64,000 nt of DNA from Oligoflexales bacterium (GTDB taxonomy: Bacteria; Bdellovibrionota_B; Oligoflexia; Oligoflexales; JAPPIL01): positions 1,376,001 through 1,440,000 of the forward strand of contig OZ244057.1 of NCBI GenBank assembly GCA_965215515.1, given 5' to 3'. Every line of letters starts with the position of its first letter. Position 1 is the stretch's first letter. A program made the translations under genes and the position numbers. The notes beneath the pieces are model-generated. The model was not told the DNA's origin. It made no database searches and saw only the letters and a program-made list of their open reading frames with translations. This document shows positions 48,240 through 57,310 of this stretch, piece by piece.

Positions 48240-48277
48240 TTGACAGAGGAGATAGTGCTTATCTATAATTTTAGATA
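48240..48277 (+). promoter_or_regulatory. Consensus sigma-70 promoter of ftsZ with overlapping palindrome
   Basis: TTGACA (48240) -N18- TATAAT (48264); TATCTA-N6-TAGATA inverted repeat at 48260..48277. Confidence 0.75.
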
Positions 48278-48310
48278 GGAAAATTTACCCCAGCAAAGGA
48301 ACGGTGCACG

Positions 48311-49681
48311 ATGATTCTGGATACGGAGAACTTCAACCCCCCAGGAGCAAAAATAAAAATCGTAGGTATCGGCGGCGGCGGTGGCAACGCAGTCAATACT
48401 ATGATTCAAAACAACTTACAGGGTATCGATTTCATCGTTATCAATACTGATCTGCAATCCCTGAAATATTCATTGGCACAACATAAAATTCAAATAGGAA
48501 AAGACCTGACCAAAGGTTTAGGTGCGGGGGCTAACCCCGACATCGGTCGTGATGCGGCTTTAGAGGATCGACATGAGTTGCAGGAAATGCTCAGCGATGC
48601 GGACATGATTTTTATTACTGCAGGCATGGGTGGTGGCACGGGCACGGGGGCAGCTTCGATTGTGGCACAGATTGCCAAGGAGTTGGGCACGTTGACGGTG
48701 GCGGTGGTTACAACTCCTTTTGATTTTGAGGGCAAGCGGCGCAAGCGCCATGCTGGTATCGGTATCGAGCGTTTGCGTGAACATGTCGATACGTTGATTA
48801 CAATTCCCAATCAGCGTTTGTTGAATGTGGCTAGCGAGGACATTAGTTTGGTCGAGGCGTTTCGCATCGCCGATAATGTGTTGGTCAACGCGGTGCGGGG
48901 CATCAGCGACATCATTAATTTGCCAGGCACGATCAACGTTGATTTTGCTGACGTGAAAACTGTCATGTCGAGCATGGGACAAGCGATCATGGGTATCGGC
49001 GTGGCTGGCGGTAAAGAACGAGCGACGCAAGCTTCACGGCAAGCTATCTCCTCACCGCTGCTGGAAGAAATCAATATCGAGGGCGCGACGGGAATTCTGA
49101 TCAATGTCACCGCGGGAGAAAACATCACCCTGCGCGAACTACACGAGGCCTGTGCGGTAGTGCAAAACGCAGCTCACGAGGACGCGAACATTATTTTCGG
49201 TGCGGTCATCGATGAAAACATGACCGATGAGATTCGAGTCACTGTCATCGCCACGGGTTTCCCTGTCGATCGTTGCGCGGACAACTCCGACCTTTCGCAG
49301 CCCTCTCCCCTGCAGAAACTCACGCGTGCTGGGGCAAGCGCTACTCCCCCGTCTCCCGCCCTGTCTCTAGAATCTCCTCGGACTAGCCCTAGGGCTGTCC
49401 CCGAACCACAACCACGGGTCCCCGCGCCTGAACCGCAGCCTGTGCCACCATCCCCTCCCCCCCCCGTGTCAGCACCGCAGCCTGTGGTAACCGCTTCCGC
49501 ACCGACCCCTGCCGCACCACCGCCACAACCGTCATTCGACCTACAGGAGGACAGTGTGGGCAGTATCGCTGCGGACATCGACGGCCACATAGATGAGGCA
49601 ATTCAGCTCGCAGCCGACCCCACGCAGGATCTCGATGTCCCTGCCTTCATGCGCAGCGGCCCCAAAGAACTGCCCAGCTGA
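48311..49681 (+). CDS. ftsZ: Cell division protein FtsZ
   Basis: GIGGGGGNA, GLGAGANP, GMGGGTGTG, NVDFAD, Pro-rich linker, C-terminal LDVPAFMR. Confidence 0.98.
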   Translation: MILDTENFNPPGAKIKIVGIGGGGGNAVNTMIQNNLQGIDFIVINTDLQSLKYSLAQHKIQIGKDLTKGLGAGANPDIGRDAALEDRHELQEMLSDADMIFITAGMGGGTGTGAASIVAQIAKELGTLTVAVVTTPFDFEGKRRKRHAGIGIERLREHVDTLITIPNQRLLNVASEDISLVEAFRIADNVLVNAVRGISDIINLPGTINVDFADVKTVMSSMGQAIMGIGVAGGKERATQASRQAISSPLLEEINIEGATGILINVTAGENITLRELHEACAVVQNAAHEDANIIFGAVIDENMTDEIRVTVIATGFPVDRCADNSDLSQPSPLQKLTRAGASATPPSPALSLESPRTSPRAVPEPQPRVPAPEPQPVPPSPPPPVSAPQPVVTASAPTPAAPPPQPSFDLQEDSVGSIAADIDGHIDEAIQLAADPTQDLDVPAFMRSGPKELPS

Positions 49682-49699
49682 ACGATCGTATTGTCTGTC

Positions 49700-49730
49700 T
49701 TCCCCTTCTGTAGTGCCTGACTAACTTTTT
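49700..49730. repeat. 31-bp dispersed intergenic repeat, copy 2
   Basis: 29 of 31 positions match 14409..14439. Confidence 0.8.
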
Positions 49731-49794
49731 CTGATAAGTTGCGTGCTTTTGGCTTCAGCAAGAAGCCTGGTGGTCGGAACGGGCGAGACAGTAA

Positions 49795-49867
49795 TGGAGA
49801 CTAGGAGAGTCGAACTCCTGACCTTTGGAATGCAAATCCAACGCTCTACCAACTGAGCTAAGTCCCC
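49795..49867 (-). tRNA. tRNA-Ala(TGC), CCA not encoded
   Basis: GGGGACTTAGCTCAGTTGGTAGAGCG TTGGA TTTGCAT TCCAA AGGTC AGGAG TTCGACT CTCCT AGTCTCC A folds as a cloverleaf with G3:U70. Confidence 0.97.
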
Positions 49868-49922
49868 ACGCTGAGATACAGTTATGCTATAATTGTAAGC
49901 GGAACACAAGGGGGCTAGGACG

Positions 49923-51503
49923 ATGAAAAAGACCGCGGCGGTGTGCGGTTTATTTTTGCTCAGTGCCTGCGAAGGTATATGGATCGGCAGCAGAGGGGAA
50001 GGCGAGCATACTCTCAAACGCAGCTTCGCGACGACAGCGACGCAGAACCGTGTGCCTGTGCAGCTGTTGCTGGCAACCGCATGGCTTGAGTCACGCCTGA
50101 CGACGAACACGGCGATGGTGATTTACGACGACGACACGCGTCTCGGTGCTCCTAACGCCCAGACAGCTTTGGGTATCCCACAGCACAAACTCGCTCCCTT
50201 CCGTGCCGAAGAGGAGGACTTGACGCAACTCCCCGCACAGCTCGCCGCCTACGCACGCATGCTGCGCGCCCACCTCGACGAACACAACATCGCCCTGGGG
50301 ACAGACATCGACGACAAAAAACAGATGCTGGCCTGGGTGCAAGAACTAGCAAAGCTGCACCGCACAGGGGACAAATACCGTAACAACACCCGTGCCCTGT
50401 TCGCCCTAGAAATGCTAGCCGTGCTGAACCGCGGCTTTAGATGGCGTGATCCAGCTACGGGCGAAGAAATTGTGCTCCCTCCCCACCCCCAGCGGCTCGC
50501 CAGAATAAGCATCCCCTACCCCGCACAGCAGTTTTTCAACCTGCGTACCACCGCGGCACAACTTTACCAAGCACACTGGCTATTACCCACACGCCCGCAA
50601 GTGAAAAGAGGCGGAAACCACCCGCAACACATTCTGATCACACACTGCCCCTTCTCCGTCTCCGCCTGCCTGGAACTGCAAAACACCCCACCGACCGACA
50701 ATAGCGTGATTCTGCAAGCACACTACATCATCCCCGCCAACGCCGACACTGTCGATTACCCTCTGCAAGTCGCCCCCCATGACCAACAATTGACCGTCAC
50801 CGCACCCGATGGACAAGCAGAAGTGCACAAAGACAAAATTGTCATCATGCTGAGTGGCAATTCAGGACGCATCGTCAACAACGTCCGCCTCGCCGCCGAC
50901 CCCACCTGGCAAAGCGGTTTTCAACTAGAGTGGCTTGGCTACATGGTCAAAGAACTCTGCCGCGCACATTTCGGTTTCACTAAAATTACGCAAATACAAA
51001 ATTGTAGCAACCCCCAACACCACGACACACGAGTGACATTTCGCACCCACCAAACCACCCCCCAGGCCAACCACCGCTGGGGCGAAATCGCCGACTTCGA
51101 TCGCAACATCTACACGACCTACCTGCAACAACCACAGCAACTACAAACACAGTTCGTGTGGCTCGACCAACGCACCAACGGCAAGTACAAGCGCGGCGAA
51201 ACAATAAAACTCGCCCTGCCCAGCAACGGACGCAACTGGTACGTGCTGGAAAAACTCGTCCGCTGCCCCCACAACAACAAACTCCTCTACATTCCCGTGC
51301 TTCAAAGCGAAAACAACGCCCGCGGACAACAACAGTTTAGCGTAACATTCTACGACCGCGGCCCTAACAGTGACGGCACGCAGTTTTTGCGCGCGAAAGC
51401 CTTCAAACAGGATAAACTACAGGCCTGGGCAACAGGTAGCTTGCAAATCGCCGACTACGATCAAGAAGCTGACAGCATCTACTACCAGGGCTGTGACCCC
51501 TGA
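49923..51503 (+). CDS. Lipoprotein with lysozyme-like N-terminal region and degenerate amidase_2-like domain
   Basis: Lipobox LSAC; SFATTATQNRVPVQLLLATAWLESR; HILITH...AHYIIP. Confidence 0.65.
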   Translation: MKKTAAVCGLFLLSACEGIWIGSRGEGEHTLKRSFATTATQNRVPVQLLLATAWLESRLTTNTAMVIYDDDTRLGAPNAQTALGIPQHKLAPFRAEEEDLTQLPAQLAAYARMLRAHLDEHNIALGTDIDDKKQMLAWVQELAKLHRTGDKYRNNTRALFALEMLAVLNRGFRWRDPATGEEIVLPPHPQRLARISIPYPAQQFFNLRTTAAQLYQAHWLLPTRPQVKRGGNHPQHILITHCPFSVSACLELQNTPPTDNSVILQAHYIIPANADTVDYPLQVAPHDQQLTVTAPDGQAEVHKDKIVIMLSGNSGRIVNNVRLAADPTWQSGFQLEWLGYMVKELCRAHFGFTKITQIQNCSNPQHHDTRVTFRTHQTTPQANHRWGEIADFDRNIYTTYLQQPQQLQTQFVWLDQRTNGKYKRGETIKLALPSNGRNWYVLEKLVRCPHNNKLLYIPVLQSENNARGQQQFSVTFYDRGPNSDGTQFLRAKAFKQDKLQAWATGSLQIADYDQEADSIYYQGCDP

Positions 51504-51530
51504 CCTGTCACTTAACCCGAATATGTGATC

Positions 51531-51574
51531 GTTAGAAGCCGATAGGGTGTCCGCTTTTTACGGGGGCATCTACA
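51531..51574. mobile_element. 44-bp IS-end-like repeat, copy A
   Basis: gttagaagccgatagggtgtccgctttttacgggggcatctaca is identical to 63717..63760. Confidence 0.8.
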
Positions 51575-51698
51575 TGAGCCACAGGCGGACATCGCCTCTG
51601 GCAACGAGTGCCTTGTTATACTTGCTCCAATTCCCAACCTGGTAAGCTGTACCGTTTTTCACCGCCGAACTCCACACATCGACTTAGGCAACAATGCT
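51570..51698 (-). pseudogene. IS5-family (IS903 group) left end and transposase N-terminal fragment
   Basis: Minus strand from GTG 51662 reads KNGTAYQVGNWSKYNKALVARGDVRLWL, matching the Y..NW..YN.AL..RG...W pattern; upstream gcattgttgcctaagtc resembles an IS903-type terminal repeat. Confidence 0.8.
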
Positions 51699-51751
51699 GT
51701 TTTTTGAAGTAATTTCAATATATTATGAAGAACAGCAAAAATCAGTGATGA

Positions 51752-51774
51752 TTTTCCACAGGATGTGTGAATAA
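51752..51774. promoter_or_regulatory. Inverted pair of DnaA-box-like 9-mers
   Basis: TTTTCCACA-ggatg-TGTGAATAA; both fit TTWTNCACA. Confidence 0.4.
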
Positions 51775-51921
51775 CTCGCTTTTCTCACCCGATAGTCTCG
51801 CTGATAACAACGCCTTCAGCGAATAGTTCAAAAGATGGGCAGCACCTGCCTTCTCTGTTTGCTCACGGGATAAGCGGGGGAAGGTAGCGAAAAATCTGCG
51901 AAGCGAGCAAAGGGCAAAAAA

Positions 51922-52875
51922 TCAGATCGCGACCGTCAGTGCGAGGCTGACCGCTTGGCTGATGGTATTGCGCGGCCACGGACGGCGAAAACCATAGGAA
52001 AACGAAATCCTATCGTCGGTCAACATCAGGCCTGCGGCGAGCTCACCGCTCGTATCGGTCAGTGATTGCCCGTAAGCCGCGAGAACACGCACAACATCGT
52101 AGACCCGCACCGCGCACGAAGCAATAGCGAGACGCTCAGGCGTGCTCTGCTCCCGTTCGAACAGAGCAACACGTTCCCGCGCACGGTAATCGAGATGCAC
52201 GGCAATGTCGCCACGCGGCGCAACGAGCCAAGCCGCTCCCACACGGATGGTGCGAGGAGCAAAATCTCTGACTTTGCGGTTCGCCAAATTGTTGACCGCC
52301 GCACCAAAACGCAGTGTCGGGGTAAGAGCGATCGCCGCACCGAGACCTACAGTGATGCCCATGCGCTTGTCGTGCGCGGTTGAGGCATAGCGATGCGTCG
52401 ACGAAGTGAGGGCAGGCAAGCCATGCACATCTTCGCTGAACTGAAACCCCTCGACGTACTGCCCGCTTATCCCCAGCGCGATTTTGCCCAACATGCCAGA
52501 GAGAGCGACATTGCCGCGCCGCTTGACGGGTGAGTCGAGCTCGGTGTGCAAAAAACCATGCCCGTCAAATTTCTCGTGAAAGCCCGTGTAAAGCACACCC
52601 GCAGCAATCTTGGCGGTCTGGCCATCGACGACACCGATCTGATAAAAGCCACGCCCCGTGGCAGGCCAGCTGTAGCCGAGCGAGACACGGTAATCACGCA
52701 CCAGTGCGATCATCGCGGGGTTCAACACCACCGCAGCCACGCCGTTGTCCGCCACCATCGCCGCGTGGCTCAAGCCGATGCTATAACCTCCGCCAGCCCG
52801 ATATTCGTCGGGAATACCCACGGCACGCGCTCCCGTCACTTGCATGAACAACAGCGTTATCAGTAGCATGCGCAT
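51922..52875 (-). CDS. Putative outer-membrane beta-barrel protein (FadL/PorV-like)
   Basis: Signal peptide, AVVLNPAMI motif, alternating amphipathic strands, terminal strand SLALTVAI. Confidence 0.7.
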   Translation of the reverse strand: MRMLLITLLFMQVTGARAVGIPDEYRAGGGYSIGLSHAAMVADNGVAAVVLNPAMIALVRDYRVSLGYSWPATGRGFYQIGVVDGQTAKIAAGVLYTGFHEKFDGHGFLHTELDSPVKRRGNVALSGMLGKIALGISGQYVEGFQFSEDVHGLPALTSSTHRYASTAHDKRMGITVGLGAAIALTPTLRFGAAVNNLANRKVRDFAPRTIRVGAAWLVAPRGDIAVHLDYRARERVALFEREQSTPERLAIASCAVRVYDVVRVLAAYGQSLTDTSGELAAGLMLTDDRISFSYGFRRPWPRNTISQAVSLALTVAI

Positions 52876-52891
52876 CGTTCACCTCCGTCGC

Positions 52892-53227
52892 TCAATTGGA
52901 CTTAACCTCTTGTTTTCTAGTGTAGCCCGCAACGTTGCTGGTAACAACCTTGAGGGTGCTGTTCATCGACTCCAACGTTACAAACGAATCAGCTATCGAT
53001 TTTACCTTGCCGATAATACCGCCACTGGTCACCACCTCTTCGCCCACCTTGAGGTTTTGCAGCAAGCGTTGGTGCTCACGAGTCTTCCTCGCTTGCGGAC
53101 GAATGATGAAAAAATACATCACCACCAACAATCCCAGCGGCAAAATCAACACCTCCATGAACGAAGGGCCTGGCGGTGGCGCGGTGGCTTCCGCCCAGGC
53201 AGTGGCGGATAGGAAACTCCAGTTCAT
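52892..53227 (-). CDS. yajC: Preprotein translocase subunit YajC
   Basis: MYFFIIRPQ, LKVGEEVVTSGGIIGKV. Confidence 0.95.
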   Translation of the reverse strand: MNWSFLSATAWAEATAPPPGPSFMEVLILPLGLLVVMYFFIIRPQARKTREHQRLLQNLKVGEEVVTSGGIIGKVKSIADSFVTLESMNSTLKVVTSNVAGYTRKQEVKSN

Positions 53228-54126
53228 TTTTGTCCTCCTTGTTCGTCAACATCTATCACACCCCGTGCAGCGACAAATTCACGCAAATTCTTCAGCAGAC
53301 GCACCTCTAGCTGCCGTGCTCGCTCCCGCGTCACACCGTAACGATCGGCAAGTGTTTGCAGCGTCAGAGGCGTATCGCTGAGCACTCGTTCGTCGAGCAC
53401 CGCCAACTCACGGTCGTTGAGCGTCATCCTGAATTCGACCAACTCACGGCCGAATCTTTCCTGCAACTGCGCTAAGGCTACTACTTCCTCCAGGTCTTCA
53501 CTAGCTCGCGGCAGCAGATTTAGCAAGCTACGATCGCTATCCTCATCTCCCGTCACCGCATCGAGGGAAACGTCGGGGTTACCGATCCGTTGCTGCATCT
53601 CAACTACGTCCTTCTCCTTGACTTGCAAGTTGGCAGCTATCATCTTGGGATCGACACGCTCGTACTCCTGCAGTAAACGTTCAGCTTCCTTACGCAAATT
53701 GAAGAACAGCTTACGCTGGGCACGTGTCGTGCCTATACGTACCTGACTGCGGTTATCCATGATAAACTTGAGAATGAAGGCTCTTATCCACCAAGCCGCG
53801 TAACTCGACAGTTTTACCCCCTTGTAAGGGTTGAATTTTTTCACCGCTTGCATCAAGCCGTAGTTACCCTCCTGAATCAGATCGAGCAGATGTATCTGCA
53901 CTTGCCTGAAATCACCCGCAATTTTGACCACTAGACGCAGGTTGGCAGTAATCAAGCGGTGTGCCGCCTCGACATCGCCTTGCTCGAAGTGCGCTACCGC
54001 CAGCTGATGCTCCTCCTCCGCCGACAGCAGTGCATACCTGCTAATTTCACGCAGATACAACTGCAGCGGGGTCAGCTTGACCAGACTGCGGTTTTGTTTT
54101 GTCACTACAGGGAGATCGCGAACCAT
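53224..54126 (-). CDS. rpoH: RNA polymerase sigma-32 (RpoH-like) factor
   Basis: ANLRLVVKIA, DLIQEGNYGLM, YAAWWIRA, RpoH box QRKLFFNLRK, GVTRERARQLE. Confidence 0.9.
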   Translation of the reverse strand: MVRDLPVVTKQNRSLVKLTPLQLYLREISRYALLSAEEEHQLAVAHFEQGDVEAAHRLITANLRLVVKIAGDFRQVQIHLLDLIQEGNYGLMQAVKKFNPYKGVKLSSYAAWWIRAFILKFIMDNRSQVRIGTTRAQRKLFFNLRKEAERLLQEYERVDPKMIAANLQVKEKDVVEMQQRIGNPDVSLDAVTGDEDSDRSLLNLLPRASEDLEEVVALAQLQERFGRELVEFRMTLNDRELAVLDERVLSDTPLTLQTLADRYGVTRERARQLEVRLLKNLREFVAARGVIDVDEQGGQK

Positions 54127-54290
54127 GTATACCCCTAATATAACAAGGGTCTCACTATACCCGAATTCATTCGCCGCGGCAACATGCCTCTGTCCTTATT
54201 ATTATTTGTATTTTTAATTTTTGCTTTACAACCGTTGCTCTATTTCATTCGTTTATGTTAGTGGCAAAGTTCTTGTCGCAGCACCGTCAG

Positions 54291-54746
54291 TCAGGGTGCT
54301 TGCTCCACCAGCTCGATGAGCAAGCCGCCCGTAGAGTGAGGGTGAATAAAGATAACGCGGGTATCGTTGATACCCTGTTGCGGGGTGTCGGTGACGAACT
54401 GCACGCCTTTGTCGCGCAGTTCCGCGACTGCCCGCTCGATCCCGCGTACCCGAAAAGACAGGTGATGCACACCCCCGCCGCGTTGGGCGAGGAACTTCGC
54501 AACCACCGACGTAGGGGCGGAAGGGACGAGCAACTCCAACAACGGCACGTGCTCGTATCGTCCGTGTGTCGATGACCAGGAGACCGTATCGACGAGTTGG
54601 CTGGGAACACTCTCCTCGCCGTATGAACTGAGCTGCAGCGCGGCGGAAAAAAACCACCGTGTGCGGGCGGGGTCTTTAGAGACGACTCCGATGTGGTCAA
54701 GCCCAGCGATCCACGTACGCGGTGCGCTGTTACGCACCGATAGCAT
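54291..54746 (-). CDS. mce: Methylmalonyl-CoA epimerase (VOC family)
   Basis: LDHIGV, LELL, FLAQRGGGVHHLSF, FIHPHSTGGLLIEL. Confidence 0.9.
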   Translation of the reverse strand: MLSVRNSAPRTWIAGLDHIGVVSKDPARTRWFFSAALQLSSYGEESVPSQLVDTVSWSSTHGRYEHVPLLELLVPSAPTSVVAKFLAQRGGGVHHLSFRVRGIERAVAELRDKGVQFVTDTPQQGINDTRVIFIHPHSTGGLLIELVEQAP

Positions 54747-55164
54747 CGAGCATTTCTTTCAAATCCCGCCGCTGCCGATTGTCCAGCCGTTCCGCACCGC
54801 CTTTGTGGAGGCGTAGCAGGGAACGGCGCGCATTGGCGGTGATGTTGGTATACTCCCGCCTGTGCAAAGCTCGGTAGCGAGCCATCATGCGGTTGAATAC
54901 CCTGTTGCGGTCGATACTCGCTCCTGTCGACCAATGTCCCTTCTGAATGGCATGGGTTGCCAGTGCCACGACGCGGCTGAAACGTGCCCCTTCCGTGCCC
55001 GAACCCCGTGTGCGACCATCACCAGCCGCTCGCAATCTCGCCAACAACTCGCCGTATGAGAAAGAAAAACTAGATTCAATCTCCTGTGCTCCTAACGGAG
55101 TCTGATGCAATGCCGACCACACGATATTAAGTGTATCGCCAGGCCTAAATGATACCGTAGCCAT
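54730..55164 (-). CDS. Hypothetical protein
   Basis: gagg RBS, 144-aa ORF overlapping the mce start. Confidence 0.65.
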   Translation of the reverse strand: MATVSFRPGDTLNIVWSALHQTPLGAQEIESSFSFSYGELLARLRAAGDGRTRGSGTEGARFSRVVALATHAIQKGHWSTGASIDRNRVFNRMMARYRALHRREYTNITANARRSLLRLHKGGAERLDNRQRRDLKEMLDAIGA

Positions 55165-55383
55165 AACGTATCCCACCTCAAACCAATGCACGCACCGCCC
55201 CCCCGCGCACACGCCAGGTTAACAAAAACCACCTCCCATCGATAATGCTCACCGTTAATTGCATGTTAAACAGGCTTTGTCAATAAAATATAAATCTCTG
55301 GAATATGCACTTAGCGGATGACAAAAACACTGTTTGGCGTAGTATACTGTGATCACAGTGTATTTTCCGAATGGCGGAGTGAG

Positions 55384-56160
55384 ATGTATCCGATGCTGGG
55401 GGTGGGGTATGGTTTCAGCGTGCCGACTTGGTATGTTTTGTTCGTGCTCGCCGCGTTGGCGGCTCTGTGGATGGTGATAAAGCTGCAACCGCGCACCTGT
55501 GTACACAGCACGAGCAAGGACATCATCAACCTCTATCTCATCTGTTACCTCAGCGGTTATCTGGGGGCACGGGGGTTATCGCTCTTCATCGACGACCCTT
55601 GCCGCGGCTGGGCAGCTTGTGCCGCGGGGCTCTTGAGCTTGGGGTCGTTGACCCTCTACGGTGGTGTAGGGCTGGCGTTCACGTGCGGACTGCTCTACGT
55701 AAGAGTAAAAAAACTGGCCTTGCGTGAGTTGCTCGACTGTTTTGTGCCCGCCCTGCTGCTTGCCGTGGCCATCGGACGCATCGGATGTTTCCTCAATGGT
55801 GATGACTACGGGAGTGTCACTACCAGCAGCTGGGGGGTGGTTTTCCCCAATCTCGGCGATGGGTTAGCCCGTTATCCGACACAATTGTTTGAAGCTTCCT
55901 TCTGCCTGTTATTGTGCATCGCCTGCTGTTGCGGTTACCGCCGTATCAAGGCACGGCTGGGGGTAGGGGCAACAGGCTTGAGCGGCGCGGGTGGCTATGC
56001 CCTGCTGCGTTTTATCAACGAATACTGGCGTGGCGACTACCGCGGCTGGGTGATCGAGCACGCACTCTCTACCTCGCAGTTCATCAGTATCATCGTCTTG
56101 GCCTGCGTGCTACCCCCGCTGCTACGCAGCTGCGTGGAGTCACTGCGTGCCGACGGGTAG
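55384..56160 (+). CDS. lgt: Prolipoprotein diacylglyceryl transferase
   Basis: LGARG, LYGG, IGRIGCFLNG, YPTQLFE, RFINEYWR, TSQ. Confidence 0.92.
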   Translation: MYPMLGVGYGFSVPTWYVLFVLAALAALWMVIKLQPRTCVHSTSKDIINLYLICYLSGYLGARGLSLFIDDPCRGWAACAAGLLSLGSLTLYGGVGLAFTCGLLYVRVKKLALRELLDCFVPALLLAVAIGRIGCFLNGDDYGSVTTSSWGVVFPNLGDGLARYPTQLFEASFCLLLCIACCCGYRRIKARLGVGATGLSGAGGYALLRFINEYWRGDYRGWVIEHALSTSQFISIIVLACVLPPLLRSCVESLRADG

Positions 56161-56503
56161 TTTTCCTGTGTAAGGAGTGAACAGCAGGACGGCAACGCAC
56201 AGTGTGTAGACAGCGGCCACGCAGTGCAGGTATTGAAATCACAGGGAAAATAAACAGGCACAGATCGTGCAACTACCCTACTAGCCGCACAACACATAGG
56301 CGGTCGCGGGGATGAACGTGGTTGTTCACTTTGGTCAGCTGTGCGCAGTTGGCCATCAATAAGTTCTTCCTGAATTGCTTATCAGTTGTAACTCATCCTT
56401 ATTCTTTACCAATGCAACTGCTGCCATCCCCGCTTCTCCTCCCTAGCGCGCCGATTTTTACTTCCCAACCCGTGCTATCGGCTGTATAATCCCGCCTTTC
56501 GGG

Positions 56504-57310
56504 ATGGTGCTAGGGTTGAGTAAGCAGAAAAGACCAGATTTGAGCAGAGTAGACGCTTTCCAGCGCACTTTCATGCAGCTCGCCAGCTGGGTGAAGCGCA
56601 ATGCGCGGCAGATAGTTATCGTCGTCGCCCCACTGGTGGTCGTGGTAATCGCACTCATCGTCGGGAAAATCTATCTGCAATACCAAAAAGACAAACGCCT
56701 CGCGGCCCTCGCGACGATCAATCGTGTCTACACTGCTGAGCGGCAGGTGGCGGACGAGCAGCGCGACGCGTTGCAGAAAAAAATACAGGAGATCAGCAAG
56801 TCTGCCCCTGAGGCGGAGAAGGACGAGCCTGCCGCCGCGCAGCAGCTGGAGAAACAGCGCAAGGCGGTGCGCGCCGACCACAAGCGTTCGTTGGCGCGGT
56901 ATCGTGATTTTTTTACCACCCATCAGTCATCTCCTGAAGGATGGGCGGCCGCCATGGCGGCGATCGGGATTGCTCTCGCCGACAAACAGCACGATACGGC
57001 CCGTGAACTGTTGACCGCCTTACTCAAACACTCGACCGACAGCGACTTTTATCAGGTGCAGGCACGTCTGCTGCATGTAAAGTTGCTAGAAGAGCAGGGC
57101 AGCCTCACGCAAGCCTTGACCGAGACCGAGCAGGTCTACCGCCTTGTCCCCGACGATTTCAAAGCCGATACCTTGCTGATCAAAGCTCGCTTGTTGTTAA
57201 CACAGAAGCAGGACAGCGCGGCACGTGCCGTCTGCGAGCAAATTATCAAAGATTTTAGCGATAGCCGCGCGGCACACAAAGCCAGGGCGATCAAGGTGTT
57301 GTTGCGTTGA
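56504..57310 (+). CDS. YfgM-like membrane-anchored TPR protein
   Basis: WVKRN then one TM helix and TPR-like helices; directly precedes the BamB-like gene. Confidence 0.75.
   Translation: MVLGLSKQKRPDLSRVDAFQRTFMQLASWVKRNARQIVIVVAPLVVVVIALIVGKIYLQYQKDKRLAALATINRVYTAERQVADEQRDALQKKIQEISKSAPEAEKDEPAAAQQLEKQRKAVRADHKRSLARYRDFFTTHQSSPEGWAAAMAAIGIALADKQHDTARELLTALLKHSTDSDFYQVQARLLHVKLLEEQGSLTQALTETEQVYRLVPDDFKADTLLIKARLLLTQKQDSAARAVCEQIIKDFSDSRAAHKARAIKVLLR

Noticed and set aside
49330..49530. Pro-rich quasi-repeats in ftsZ (and mutL 8985-9190)
   Set aside because: Ordinary disordered linkers of these families.
49768..49790. tRNA-3'-end-like string (minus strand ...CCCGTTCCGACCA) next to tRNA-Ala, a possible att remnant
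   Set aside because: No T-loop, spacing is off by one, and no integrase nearby.
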